Assembly (NCBI RefSeq): GCF_963921235.1
Contig: NC_086097.1
Location: 161,078,001-161,142,000 of the forward strand
Direction of reading: 5' to 3'
From: Mobula hypostoma
Taxonomy: Eukaryota
Length of the DNA: 64,000 bases
Below, one piece after another: positions 50,590 to 62,470 of the stretch. Positions within the stretch are counted from its first letter, which is position 1, and each line of letters begins with the position of its first letter. The position numbers were made by a program, and so were the translations under genes. Under the pieces are notes generated by a model that made no database searches, was not told where the DNA came from, and saw nothing but the letters and a program-made list of their open reading frames with translations.

Positions 50590-51165
50590 ATGCAATTACA
50601 ATGAGGCAATGACAGTGGCTGTATTTCATTAGGAGTCTGAGAAGACTTGGTATGTCACCAAATATATATTCTTGCAAACTTCTACATGTGTGCCGTGGAG
50701 TTCATTCCAACTGGTTGCATCACTGTCTGGTACGGAGGGGCCACTGCACAGGATCAGAAAAAGCTGCACAAAGTTGTAAACCTGCCAGCTCCATCATGGA
50801 CATTATAGCCTCACCAACACTGAGGATGTCTTCAAAAGGTGGCATCCATCATTAAGGACCCCCATCACTCTTCTCATTGCTACCATCAAGGAGAAGGTAG
50901 AGGAGCCTGAAGACACACATCACTGTTTTAGGGACAGCTTCTTCCCCACTGCCATCAGATGTACACAGGTAGTGAGGCTGAGTACCCACGTACACCACTT
51001 CATAATTTTTAATTCTTTTTTTTTGCTCCCTTTTTCACTAGTTTAATGTAATTTTACATATATATTCCTATTATGATTTATAGTTTTATTATGTGTTGCA
51101 ATGTAATGCTGCCACAAAGCAACTTATGCCACTGATATTAAACCCGGTTCTGATTCCGATTCAAA
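50590..51165 (+). mobile_element. Rex1/Babar-type 3' fragment
   Basis: YFIRSLRRLG...GCITVWYG-type C-terminal coding remnant, with tail aaacccggttctgattccgattc. Confidence 0.65.
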
Positions 51166-52649
51166 AAGTTTCCCCAAGTTCATAGAATTCATTAAAAATC
51201 CATAGAAGGTATTCTGAAAGCACTTAGCTGCTGATTTAATTGTTCAATGGAAGATTGAATGGTGATACTGCTGGTAGAGCTCCCTTGGCAACCTTCCTAA
51301 CTGAGGCATTGACAAGGTTTACAGCAATACTAGCAGCTGCCATACCATTCCCTCTGCAAAAGGAAGGATGTTACTTGCCATAATTAAGGACTATATTAAT
51401 ATATCTTAGAATGTTCAGAGCAACAGAGAAAAAAAAGGGACATTTAAGAAACTCTTTGATAGACACATGGATGAAAGACAATTGAAGGGCCACATGGGAA
51501 GGAAGGGTTACATTGATCTTGGAGTAAGTTAAAAGGTCAGCATGACAATGTGGGCTGAAGGGCCTGTACTGTTCTATTTTCTATATTCTATGTAAAATAA
51601 TAAAAACGTCAATAATCATAAGATGTTTTGTTCAAAGCTTAGTGCCTTTATAGGTTTATTGACTTAAATATGAGTTTCATTGGCCATGCCCTATGCTGAA
51701 ATATCTCTTACTGCATGTGGTTGTCTTCTTGCTGCAGAAAAGCTGTTTCCCCTCTTTCCGAATCTACGCATACACTCTTGATAACCCACAATAACCTCTC
51801 TCCAAGGCTGAAGTCTTCTGTCCAAGATCATTTTAAAGAACAGTGGGATGAAAAGCCAAAAAATCTGCAGAACTTGTGATGACTTTTGAAGATGGTAAAA
51901 CGATTACAGAAAATGCTGGAAGCATTCAGCAGGTTAAGCAATACTTAATCTTAATCTATATCTTAAACCAAGGTAGTGCTGAGCTGTGAAGACCAGTAGC
52001 AGAGACGTGGGACATCCGCAGACCAGGATGGGATGTCCAACTTGATCAGCTAAGCTGGTGGACCAGAGCAGATGAAAGCTGATGGCCCTCCTGGGGCAGC
52101 AAGTTGTCGGCTGGTTCCAAAGTCAGAGTTCCATGCAGGCAGGCAGGAATGAGGTCTGATGACCCCTGGATTCACAAATCGGCGAGACTGGAGTTCTGTT
52201 CTGTTGTGTTCTATGTTGTTCTGCCGAGCATTCTGAGCATTCTATGTTGGCTTCAGAATGTGTGGTGATACTTGTATTGGTTGTTAATGCAAATAACGTA
52301 TTTCACTGTATGTTTCAATGTAAACATGATAAATAAACCTGAAACTTGAAACTTGAACTTGAACTTGTGGAAAGAGAATTGGAGTTTTGAACAGAACTGA
52401 GAAAGAGTGTAAACAAGCTAAGGCTATAGGGAGGTTGAGGAGGAATGCATAGGACAAAGTGGGACTGAGTTCCTATGCAGGGTTTCAACATGAAACTTGA
52501 CAACTCCATTCCATCCACAGGAGCTGCTTGACCAGAGAGTTCATCCACCATTGAGACTGTTGTTCCATATTCCAGCATCTGCAATGTCCTGTGTTTCAAG
52601 TTTATATAAACTTACTTTATTCAATTATCTACATATATGCCTTTGCAAA

Positions 52650-53430
52650 CATAGGAGTAGACCATTCAACCATTTGAATCTTCTCTGTTATTCAATTTAC
52701 TCATGGCTTATAACTATCCTTTATGCTATGAAGGATATCTAACTTCCTTTCAATATATCTAATGATGTTTCTTCAATTGTCTTCCGTGGTAGAGAATTCC
52801 ACAGTTCCACCACTAACTTCGTTTCATTGGACCATCTGACCTCCCAAAGTGCAACACATCACACTTGCCCAACTTAAACTCCATATGCCATTTCTCTGGT
52901 CATATGTGGAACTGATCTCTATCCCACTGTATTCTTTGATAGTCTATTATATTGTCAACAACTCCACAAATCTTGGTATCATCCACAAATTTGCTAATCC
53001 AAATCGTTGATACATATCACAAACACTGAGGTTCTAGCACCGATGAGATTGATACAGCCTTGACAAAGATCTTCATGTCCTCTCCAGCCACACAAAAGAT
53101 CACAGAGGACTGGAAATAGCTAATGTTGTTCCTTGGTTCAAGGGAGATAGGGATAATTCTGGAAATTACGGCCAGATGAGATTTGCATCAGTCGTGGAGA
53201 AGCTATTGGAGAAGATTCTTAGGGATATAATTGATGAGTATTTGGAAAGCCATGGTCTAATTAGGGACACTCAGCATGGTTTTGTGCAGGGCAGGTCATG
53301 TTTTACTAACTTGGTTCAATTTTTTAAGGGTAATGAAGGTGATTGATGAAGGTAAATCAGTGGATATTGTCTACATAGATTTTAGTAAGGCATTAGACAA
53401 GGTCCCTTATGTTAGGACCAGCTAAAAGAT
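52650..53430. mobile_element. Decayed CR1 fragments in opposite orientations (minus about 52650-53040, plus about 53050-53430)
   Basis: Minus-strand KFVDDTK remnant; plus-strand EDW..., QHGFVQGRSC and YIDFSKALDKVP remnants. Confidence 0.65.
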
Positions 53431-54927
53431 TATGACACATATTGCCCACGATCATCAGAAACGTTTAGATTTGGCCTTACTAGAGCAGGATGTGTCAACA
53501 ATCCATCGGGTGGTATGGGAAACAAACCAGTGTTTGTACGTCAACTGTTTACTCTTTTCCATAGATGCAGCCAGGCCTGCTGATTTCCTCCAGCATTCTG
53601 TGTGTTGCAGTGTTTGTACTACCTTAGGCCTAGGTGCTGCTTGTTAATAGCTTCTCAACTCACAGGACAGTTAAAGCAGCAAAGTCTCAAAGGACTTTGG
53701 GAGCTGCAAAAGTGCAGGGATGTTATCACACAAGAAGAGTGCCAAGTTGACCATAATCCAGTCCCCAGTCCGTGAGAGTGGTATGGCCCCTATCCCCGTG
53801 GTGTTTTCAGGCTTGTGGCCCATTGCCATGTCCATGAGGAGCAGAATGATTTCCTCAATAAGAGTCAAGTAAGAGTCCTGTATCTCTTGAATTGGCCTTC
53901 CTGCTATTCTTTGCTTTTTTCATTTAAATGATAGAGATGAAGGACCTTTATTGTTATTGTCCCTTGGGAAGCTTGGCTTTGAGTGGTAGAATGTTATAAT
54001 GAAGGTGAGGATAGCTCAAGGTGGAGTGGGAGGAGGGTGTATGTGGTGTATGGACACAATTTTTGAGAATACTGGTTTTAGTGAGTACTTGAGTATATTG
54101 AAGTGTCAGATGCAAAAGCAGTATTTCTGTTTGGCTTGACACATATCATTTGATTTCATCATTGGTCCATGGAGTGAATAAAGTGCTAGCCTGTTCAACT
54201 TCTCTCTATAATTCAGTCCCTCAGGTTCAGGTAAGCTCTTCTAAAACTTTAGATGATTTAAAGCTTTAAATCTGCATTCTTTCAGCGAATGGCATCTTTC
54301 CTATAGCAGAGTGACTAAACCTGAAAACAATATTCCAAATGCAGTTTCATCAGCATCGTGTAGAAAAGCAACGTAACATTCCAACTTCTATACTCAGTGC
54401 CCTTATGGGTGAAGGTCAGCATACCAAAAGCCCCACTTTCAGGGAGCCATGTGCTTACTTTCATGGCTTTTGCAGTCGACCTTGTTGGGTGTAAGTGGTG
54501 TACAAAACATTATTTAGATCATGAAAGGAAAGTGAAATCAGGTTTCTAAACAGTTACACTCAATAGATAATTATGGGGATAAGAGAACTAAACCTGTGAG
54601 CAGAAATGATAGATGCAATCCAAGCAGCAAGTCTGAAGCTGGATTCATGTGAAAAAGTACAGTCACCAGGGAGAAGTATCAAGAGGATACAATATTACAT
54701 TCCAGAAGTAAACAAAAGTTCTCTTACCGGAAAATCAAAACATATCCAAAATAAAAACAGAAAATCCTAGAAATACTCAGCACATCAGGCTGCAACTGTG
54801 AGAAAATGAATCAGTCGTTAACCTGAAATATTAGCTCTTTTTCTTTTCCCACAGATGCAGCCTGCCCTGTTGAGAATTTCCAGCATTTTTTGTTTTCATT
54901 CCTTTGCATTATATATGAATAAATCAC

Positions 54928-54976
54928 CTTCTTTCCTTTAATACTTCAACGGCACACATTTTGAACCTGGGCATCC
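54928..54976 (-). other. Candidate host exon (49 nt)
   Basis: Acceptor ctcatttgtcttttgcag; donor AAG|gtgatt. One open frame (MPRFKMCAVEVLKER). Confidence 0.3.
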
Positions 54977-56900
54977 CTGCAAAAGACAAATGAGTTCCAA
55001 ACTTCAATGCCATCCATCAAAAAGAAAACTATCCAGGCAGAACTGACCCAACCGTAATGAAAACAAAAACTAATTGCTTGGATTTAGTCCTTGATTCAAG
55101 TTGTACGTATTTTTCATTCAAGATTTGTCTGTTTGGGTTCTGTCCAGACTTCAAAGCCTCTTCTACACAGTATACAACACTAAGTATAGTAACAAGTGTT
55201 GTAATAAGTTTCCTACAGAACAGTTTGGAAACAGTATTGGTATTGGCAAAGAGCACCAAAATGATCTTTTCTCTCTCTTCTGTCCTAGTAAGAAATATAA
55301 ATCCAACATCTTAAGAGTAGGTTAACTGCCATTGACCACTGCATTATGGAAACATTTTTAATTCTTATACCAATTATTCTGTTCTAGTTATCACTGACGC
55401 AATTGAGTGGCGATTTTGGGGAATGATCTATGAACAGGTGTTAGGTCCCCTCATTTGTATATGGAAGGGGGGCTAATGCCTGTCATCCTCTGGCTGGGAA
55501 AGTGATTCTTCTGAATATCAGTTCAGAGTTACTTTAGGGTTCCTAAGAGAACATTGGTTCCAAGAACTGACTTGTTGCAAAATAGAAATAACATTAATAC
55601 TATAACATCCATGCCGCAGTCCTTGTTTTCTGGAACAAACGCCTTGTTTTCATGCCCACCCAATAGGCATGTCATTGAATCTTACAATATCAGATAGATG
55701 TTTTAAGGAAAATACATTTCCCCTTTGTGGCACAGAGTCCCCACAGAACACACAGTGATTATGAATGTAGTGTCCTTTATTTGCAGCCTTTAATGAAAAC
55801 ATACCAATGGAGCCAAAAATGTTTTCCCACAAAGTCTTATGTTTGCTCTTCTTGATATTTTTAGTCTGGTATTAAAAACTGCGCATTCATTTTCCTTCTT
55901 TTTTGTAAGCTAAGATTTCAGACCTGATTTTAAATGACAGATCAGGCGATTCATAAACCAGAAGGAGATGATGAATAGGTTGTCTCATTTAACATTCTGC
56001 TGTCAGTGATCGCTTATACACTAGGTCGTCAAAAGAGTTTGATTGTGACTTACTGAATATTTGCACTCTGAAAACTAAACTTCTGGATAAACAGTTATAT
56101 TGCTGTTTTCTGTCACCTTGACATCCAGTTTAAGCAGATGATACAAACGATGAGATGATAGATGACAACGATTATGAAATTGAACCTCACAAAGAATCAA
56201 TGCATATCTTACAGTGAAGTCCCAATAAATAATTTCAAGCATTAAACATCAAACAGTTTATGTCTCCTTATACTTCAAACAGTTACAGTCTATAAACTTA
56301 ATGATACATCTTTTGTTTGCAATACAGTCTTACTGAAAATTTTATGAAGATTTTAACAGGGTGAAAGAAAGCTCTTAAGTTTAGAAAATCCAAAATTGTA
56401 AGGAAATCTTTTCCAAATATACAAGATGGAAAAGATAGATTAATGTTTCAGATCAGGAATTACATGATGAGCTATGTCTTCTTTTTTAGACTGATGCAGG
56501 AAACCAGGCAAAATATTAACTTACCTCTCTCTCTTAGACATGTTTTCCCAAAATAATTCGGAAATTCTGAACTCTATTCTCGGTCTCCATCACTTCTTTG
56601 TGAAATAATAACCTGACTAAACTCTCACTATAGAGGTTTCTAGCCATGAAATGTAATGCAACTGGTTTCAATACCACTCCTATGATCATATATAGGTTTG
56701 TAAATCACTGTTCCAGGTACTTAAGTTTAAATTTTACTGTGAATAAGGAAACAAATTATTTCACCCAGAATCAATTCTGCAATCATCATCATTACCCTAT
56801 GGACAACTAATTATTTGGGGTTGGAAGTCCGGAATACGCTACTAATGGAGTAAGAAGAGGCAGATTTGATTGTAGCATTCAAAGTATCTAAGAAGAAATA

Positions 56901-57230
56901 TGAGGGGCGATTGATAAGTTCGTGGCCTAAGCTAGAAAGAGTCAATTTTAGAAAACCTAGCACATTTATTTTTCCTACATTTACACACTTAGTCCAGTGG
57001 TCATGGAGCATACGGATCTCTTTTTTGTAGAAGTTGGCGTCTTGGACCTCCAGAAGGTGGTCCACAGCAGGAGTGATTGATAATATTGTGGCCTAAAGTA
57101 GAAGGAGATGATGAGAAACTTCAAACTTTCTGCATTTTCACTCAAAGAGTTGAACTGCACATGAATGTAACGAGAGCTGTATAACTCATTTTCTTCTACC
57201 TTAGGCCACGAACTTATCAATCACCCCTTG
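56901..57230. mobile_element. Mariner-derived MITE (330 bp), same family as 47115-47729
   Basis: TA on both flanks and matching TIRs. Minus strand encodes ANFYKKEIRMLHDHWTKCVNVG, a mariner transposase C-terminus. Confidence 0.88.
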
Positions 57231-57854
57231 TAATTTGCATAGCTATTGGAAAATGGGCTAACAAGGGTTAAAAGAGTTTACAGGCTGAATGGTTTCCTTC
57301 CAGGCAGTACCAATGTGTGCTTCCTACTCAGAAAGGGAAGTTTCAGATCAGCTTTCACTGAGAAGCCATGAAAACTGAGTTCCATTACACATATAAAGTT
57401 CATAAAAAAATTATAAGACAGTCAAATTAAGAGTTCTAATTATAATTAATTTGTATTTAATATTCAGAATTGCTGGCTCTCCAGTGAGGCGACCTTTTGG
57501 GCCCATATTTGGTTTGCTGGAATTTAGCAGGTCAGTACTAAAGCCTCAGATGACTGTGTTCATATATATCCTGAAATATCTTCATGTATATGAGTACATG
57601 TGAAAAGAGAAAGCAGAAAAATGTGCAAATGTTAACTTAGAGAGGAAAATAAATATTGGCATTGATTTTGTTATTGTCACAGTGAAAATCTTGTCTTGCA
57701 TACTGTTCATCTGACCCATAATCATTACACCGTACAAGGTAAATAAAATAACAATGCAGAATAGACTGTAACAGCTACAGAGGAAATACAGAGCTGGTAA
57801 ACAATGAAGAGTAAGATCATTATTAGAAAGATTATAACTAGTGAAAATGATAAA

Positions 57855-58540
57855 CAAGAGAAAATCTGCAGATGCTTAAAATCCAAGCAACACTCACACA
57901 AACTGATTGGAGGAACTCAGCAGGCCAAGGAGCATCTATGGAAAAGAGTAAAAGGTCAACGTTTCAGGCCGAGACGCTTCATCAGGACTGGAGAAAGGAG
58001 ATGGGAAGTTAGAGTAAGAAGGTGGGGGGAGGGGAGGAAGAAATACAAGGTAGTAGGTGATAGGTGAAACCAGGAGAGGAGGGGGGGGGTGAAGTAAAGA
58101 ATTGAGATGTCGATTGGTGAAAGAGATAAAGGGCTGGAGAAGGAGAAATCTGAAAGGAGAGGACAGAAGACCGTGGAGGAAAGGGAAGGGGGCAGGAGCA
58201 TCAGGGGGAAATGATAGGCAGGTAAAGAGATAAGATGAGAGAGGGAAATGGGAATGGGGAACGGTGAAGGAGAAAGTGACGGGGGGAACATTACCAGGAG
58301 TTTGAGAAATTGATGTTCATGCCATCAGGTTGGAAGCTCCCCAGATAGAATATAAGGTGTTGCTCCTCCAATCTAAGTGTTGCCTCATCATGACAGTAGC
58401 GGAGGCCATAGACTGACATGTCGGAATGGGAATGGGAAGTAGAATTAAAATGGGTGGTCACTGGGAGATCCCACTTTTTCTGGTTGATGGAGTGTGGGTG
58501 CTCAGCAAAGCAGTGTTCCAATCTATATCAGGTGTCACTA
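57855..58540 (-). mobile_element. Penelope-like retroelement 3' end (GIY-YIG C-terminus + terminal repeat)
   Basis: FAEH...LPVTTHFNSTSHSHSDMSVYGL...RLEEQHLIFYLGSFQPDGMN, then a pyrimidine-rich UTR and a hammerhead motif. Confidence 0.85.
57954..57990 (-). ncRNA. Minimal type I hammerhead ribozyme motif with intact core
   Basis: Minus strand reads cagtc-CTGATGA-agcgtctcggcct-GAAAC-GTT-gacc. Helix II is imperfect. Confidence 0.62.
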
Positions 58541-58659
58541 ATATATAGGAGGCCACACTGATAAAAAATTATATTCCATTTTTTCAGTTCTGCCTCTGCC
58601 ACACCATTCCAGAACATCTGAGATATCCTCTTTCTTCAAAGAACAGATTTTCCCTAAGA

Positions 58660-59985
58660 CTATAAGATATAGGAGCAGAATTAGGCCATTTTGTTCATTG
58701 AGTCTGCTCCAACATATCATCATGGTTAATCTATTTCCCTCTTAGCCCCAATCTCCTACATTCTCCTCATATCCCTTCATGCCCTAATTAATCAAAAATC
58801 TATCGACCTCTGCCTTAAATATACCCAATGACCTTCCCCCACTGCTGCCTGTGGCAATGAATTCCACAAGTTCACCACTCTCTAGCTAAAGAATTTCCTC
58901 CTCAACTCCATTCTAAATGAGCATCTCTCTATTCTGAGGCTGTACAATCTGGTCTTAGATTCTCCCACCATAGGAAATATACTCTCCACATCCACTCTGT
59001 CAAGGCCTTTCAACATTCAATAGGTTTCAATGAAATTCACCCTCATTCTTCTGAATTCCAGTGAGTACATGCCCAGAGCCATCAAATGCTCATCATATGG
59101 TAAGCCTTTCAACCTCCTTGGAACATGCTCCAATCTCAGCACACCCTTTCTTAGATAAGGGGCCCAAAACTGCTCACAATGGTCCAAGTGAGGCCTCACA
59201 AGTGCCTTATAAAACATCAACATTACAGCCTTGCTTTTATATTCTAGTCCTCATGAAATGAATGCTAACATTGCATTTGCCTTCCTCACTACCAACTCAA
59301 CCTGCAAATTAACCTTTTGGGATTCCTGCATGAGGATTCCCAAGTCCTTTTGCACAACAGCTTTTTGAATTTTCTCTCCATTTATAAAATAGTCTACACT
59401 TTTATTTCTTCTACCGAAATGCATGACCACTCACTTCCCAGCACTGTATTCCATCTGCCACTTCTTTGTCCATTCTCCTAATCTGTCCCTCCACCTATCT
59501 TCGTATCATCCACAAATTTAGCCATAAAGCCACCAATTCTATCATCCAAACCCTTGACATATACCTAAAAAGAATCAGTCCTAACACAGACCTTTGTAGA
59601 ACACCATTCGTCACTGGCAGCCAACCAGAGTGGCTCTGTTTATTCCCATTCTTTTCCTCCTGCCAATGATCTAATGCTCTAATCATGCTAGAATCTTCAG
59701 AACCATGGGCTCCTAACTTGTTAAGCGGCCTCATATGTGGCATCTTGTCAACGGGTTTCTGAAAATCTAAGTACACAACATCCACCAATTTTCCTTTGTC
59801 TATCCTGCTTGTTATTTCTTCAAAGAATTCCAACAGATTTGCCAAGCAAGATTTTCCCTTAAGGAAACCATGCTGACTATGGTCTCTTTTATCCTGTACC
59901 TCCAAGCACCCCAAAAATACATCCTTAACAATCAACTCTAACATTTTCCCAATCACTGAGGTCAGTCTAGCTGGCCTATAGTTTC
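58660..59985 (-). mobile_element. 5'-truncated CR1 LINE
   Basis: QHGFLKGKSCL, YLDFQKPVDKMPH, RPHLDHCEQFWAP, and a 3'UTR at about 58660. Confidence 0.9.
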
Positions 59986-60009
59986 ACTTCCTCTATCACT
60001 GATGCTGCT

Positions 60010-60892
60010 CTCACCTGCATTTCCTCCATTTTCCAGACACCTGCCGTAACCTCATCTTCCCACTGCCACGATAGTCTCCCTTGCCCTTACATATCACCCC
60101 CAAGCCTCCGCACCCAGCACATCAATCTCCGCTACTTCCATCATCTTGAACTGGATCTTACCACTAATCACATCTTTCTCTCTTCCCCACACCCGTCACT
60201 CTCTGCTTTTGGCAGGGTCACTCTCCATGTAATTTCTCTGCCCACTTGTCCCTCCCCACTGATCTCTCTCCTGGCACTTAACCATGCCAATGGGACAAGT
60301 GCTACACCTGCCCCTATACCTGGTGGCCAAGCATTTTAATTCAAATCCCCATTCCAATTTCAGCATGTCAGTTCATAGCCTCCTCTACTGCCATGATGAA
60401 GCCTCATTCAGCATGCGACACCTCATATCTGTCTGGGTAGCCTCCAACCTGATACATGAACATAGATTTCTTAACCCTCCTGTAATTTCTTTCCTCCCCT
60501 ACCTTTCTCTCATTTCCATTCCCATTTTGATTCACCTTTTACCCCTTCTCTTTTCCTCACCTGCCAATTACTTCTCTCTTGTGCCGCTCCTCCTTCCCTT
60601 TCTCCCATGGTCTACTCTCCTCTCCTTTCAGATTCCTTCTTCAGTCCTAACCTTCTTCCACCTACCACCTCCCAGCTTCTCCCTTCATCCCCCCTCCCCC
60701 CAGCCACCCACTTTACTCCTCACCTGCTTTCACCTATCACCTGCCAACTTGTACTCCTTCCTCTCCCCCACCTTCTTTTTCTGGCTTCTTCCCCCTTTCC
60801 TTCCAGTCCTGATGATGGATCTTACACAAAATGTTCATTCTTTATTCCTCATTATAGATGCTGCATGACTAGCTAAGTTCATCCTGCATTTT
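60010..60892 (+). mobile_element. Penelope-like retroelement 3' fragment
   Basis: VAKHFNSNPHSNFSMSVHSLLYCHDEA, a pyrimidine-rich UTR, and a degenerate cagtcCTGATGA motif at about 60804. Confidence 0.8.
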
Positions 60893-60899
60893 AGAGTCA

Positions 60900-62470
60900 A
60901 AGAATCATAGAGAAGTACAGCACAGAAACAGGCCTTTTGGCCCTTCTAGTCCATGCTAAAACCATTTAAACTGTCTACTCCCATCGTCTTGAACTGGGAC
61001 CATAGCCCTCTATATCCCTACTATCCATGTACCTATCCAAATTTCTCTTAAATGTTGAAATTGAGTTCACATGCACCACTTGTTCTGGCAGCTCATTCCA
61101 CACTCTCACCACCCTCTGAGTAAAGGAGTCATGTTCCCCATAAACTTCTCTTCTTTCATCCTTAACCCATGACTTCTGGTTATAGTTCCAGCCAACCAGA
61201 GTGGAAAAAGACTGCTTGCATTTATCCTGTCTATACCTCTCATAATTTTGCATACTTCTATATAATCTCCCCTCAATCTTCTACGTCCCAATGAATAAAG
61301 TCCTAACCTATTCAATCTTTCCTTATAACTCTGGTCCCTTAGACCCAGCAACATCCTTGTAAATTTTCTCTGTACTCTCTCAATCTTATTTTCATCTTTC
61401 CAGTAGATAGGTGACTAAAACTGCACACAATACTCCAAATTAAGCCTCACCAATGTCTTATACAACTTCAACATAACATTCCATTTCCTGTACTCAATAC
61501 ATTGATTTATGAAGACCAGTGTGCCACAAGCTTGCATTGTAACCCCATCTACCTGTGATGCCTCTTTCAATGAATTATAGACCTGTTTTCCAGATCCCTT
61601 TGTTCTATCACATTCCTCAGTCCACTACCCTCTGTGTAAGACATACCCTGGTTGGTCTACCAAAGTGCGATACCTCACATTTGTCTGCATTAAATTTCAT
61701 CTGCCATTTTTCAGCCCATTTTTCCAGCTGATGCAGACCCCTCTGCAAGCCATGATGGCCTTCCTTAGTGTCCTCTACACCCCCAATCTCGGTGTCATCT
61801 GCATATTTGCTGATCCATTTAACCACATTATCATCATTGATATAGATGACAAACCCTGCGGCACACCACTAGTCACAGGCCTCCAGTCAGAGAGGCAACC
61901 CTCTGCTACCACTCCCTGGTTTCTCCCCCAAAGCCAATGTCTAATTTAATTTACTACCTCATCCTGAATGCCAAACAACTGAATGTTTTTTGATCAGCCT
62001 CCCATGCGGGACCTTGGCATTTCCATGTAGACAGCATCCACGGCCTTGCTTTCATCCACTTTCCTGGTAACTTCCTCAAAAAACTCTGTTTGATTTGTTA
62101 GATAAGATCTACCAGGCACAAAGCCATACTGATGCTCCTTAATCAGTCCATATCCATCCAAATATTTATATATCCAGTATCTTAGAATACATATTAATAA
62201 CTTTCCCACAATTAATGTCAGACTCACCAGCCTTAAATTTCCTGGTTTATGTTTAGAGCCTTTCTAAACAGTGAAACAACATAGCCTCTCATCCAATCCT
62301 CTGTACCTCTCCTGTCACTAAGTATAATTTAAATATCTCTATTAGGGCCCGGCAATTTCTGCACTTGCCTCCCGTAGGGTCTGACGGCACACCTTGTCAG
62401 GCCCTGCGGATTTATCCACCCTCTTTTGCCTCAGGTTAGCAAGCATCTCCTCCTCTGTAATCTCTGCAGG
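60900..62470 (-). mobile_element. 5'-truncated CR1 LINE
   Basis: HQYGFVPGRSYL, KYADDTE, SYKERLNRLGLYSL, and a tail at about 60900. Confidence 0.9.

Noticed and set aside
55029..55325. Overlapping 74-85-aa ORFs in unique sequence
   Set aside because: No recognisable motifs or convincing splice-site pairs, and the length is within chance expectation.
60284..60868. 194-aa hydrophobic ORF
   Set aside because: It is a Penelope GIY-YIG remnant read through a pyrimidine-rich low-complexity UTR, which lacks stops by composition.
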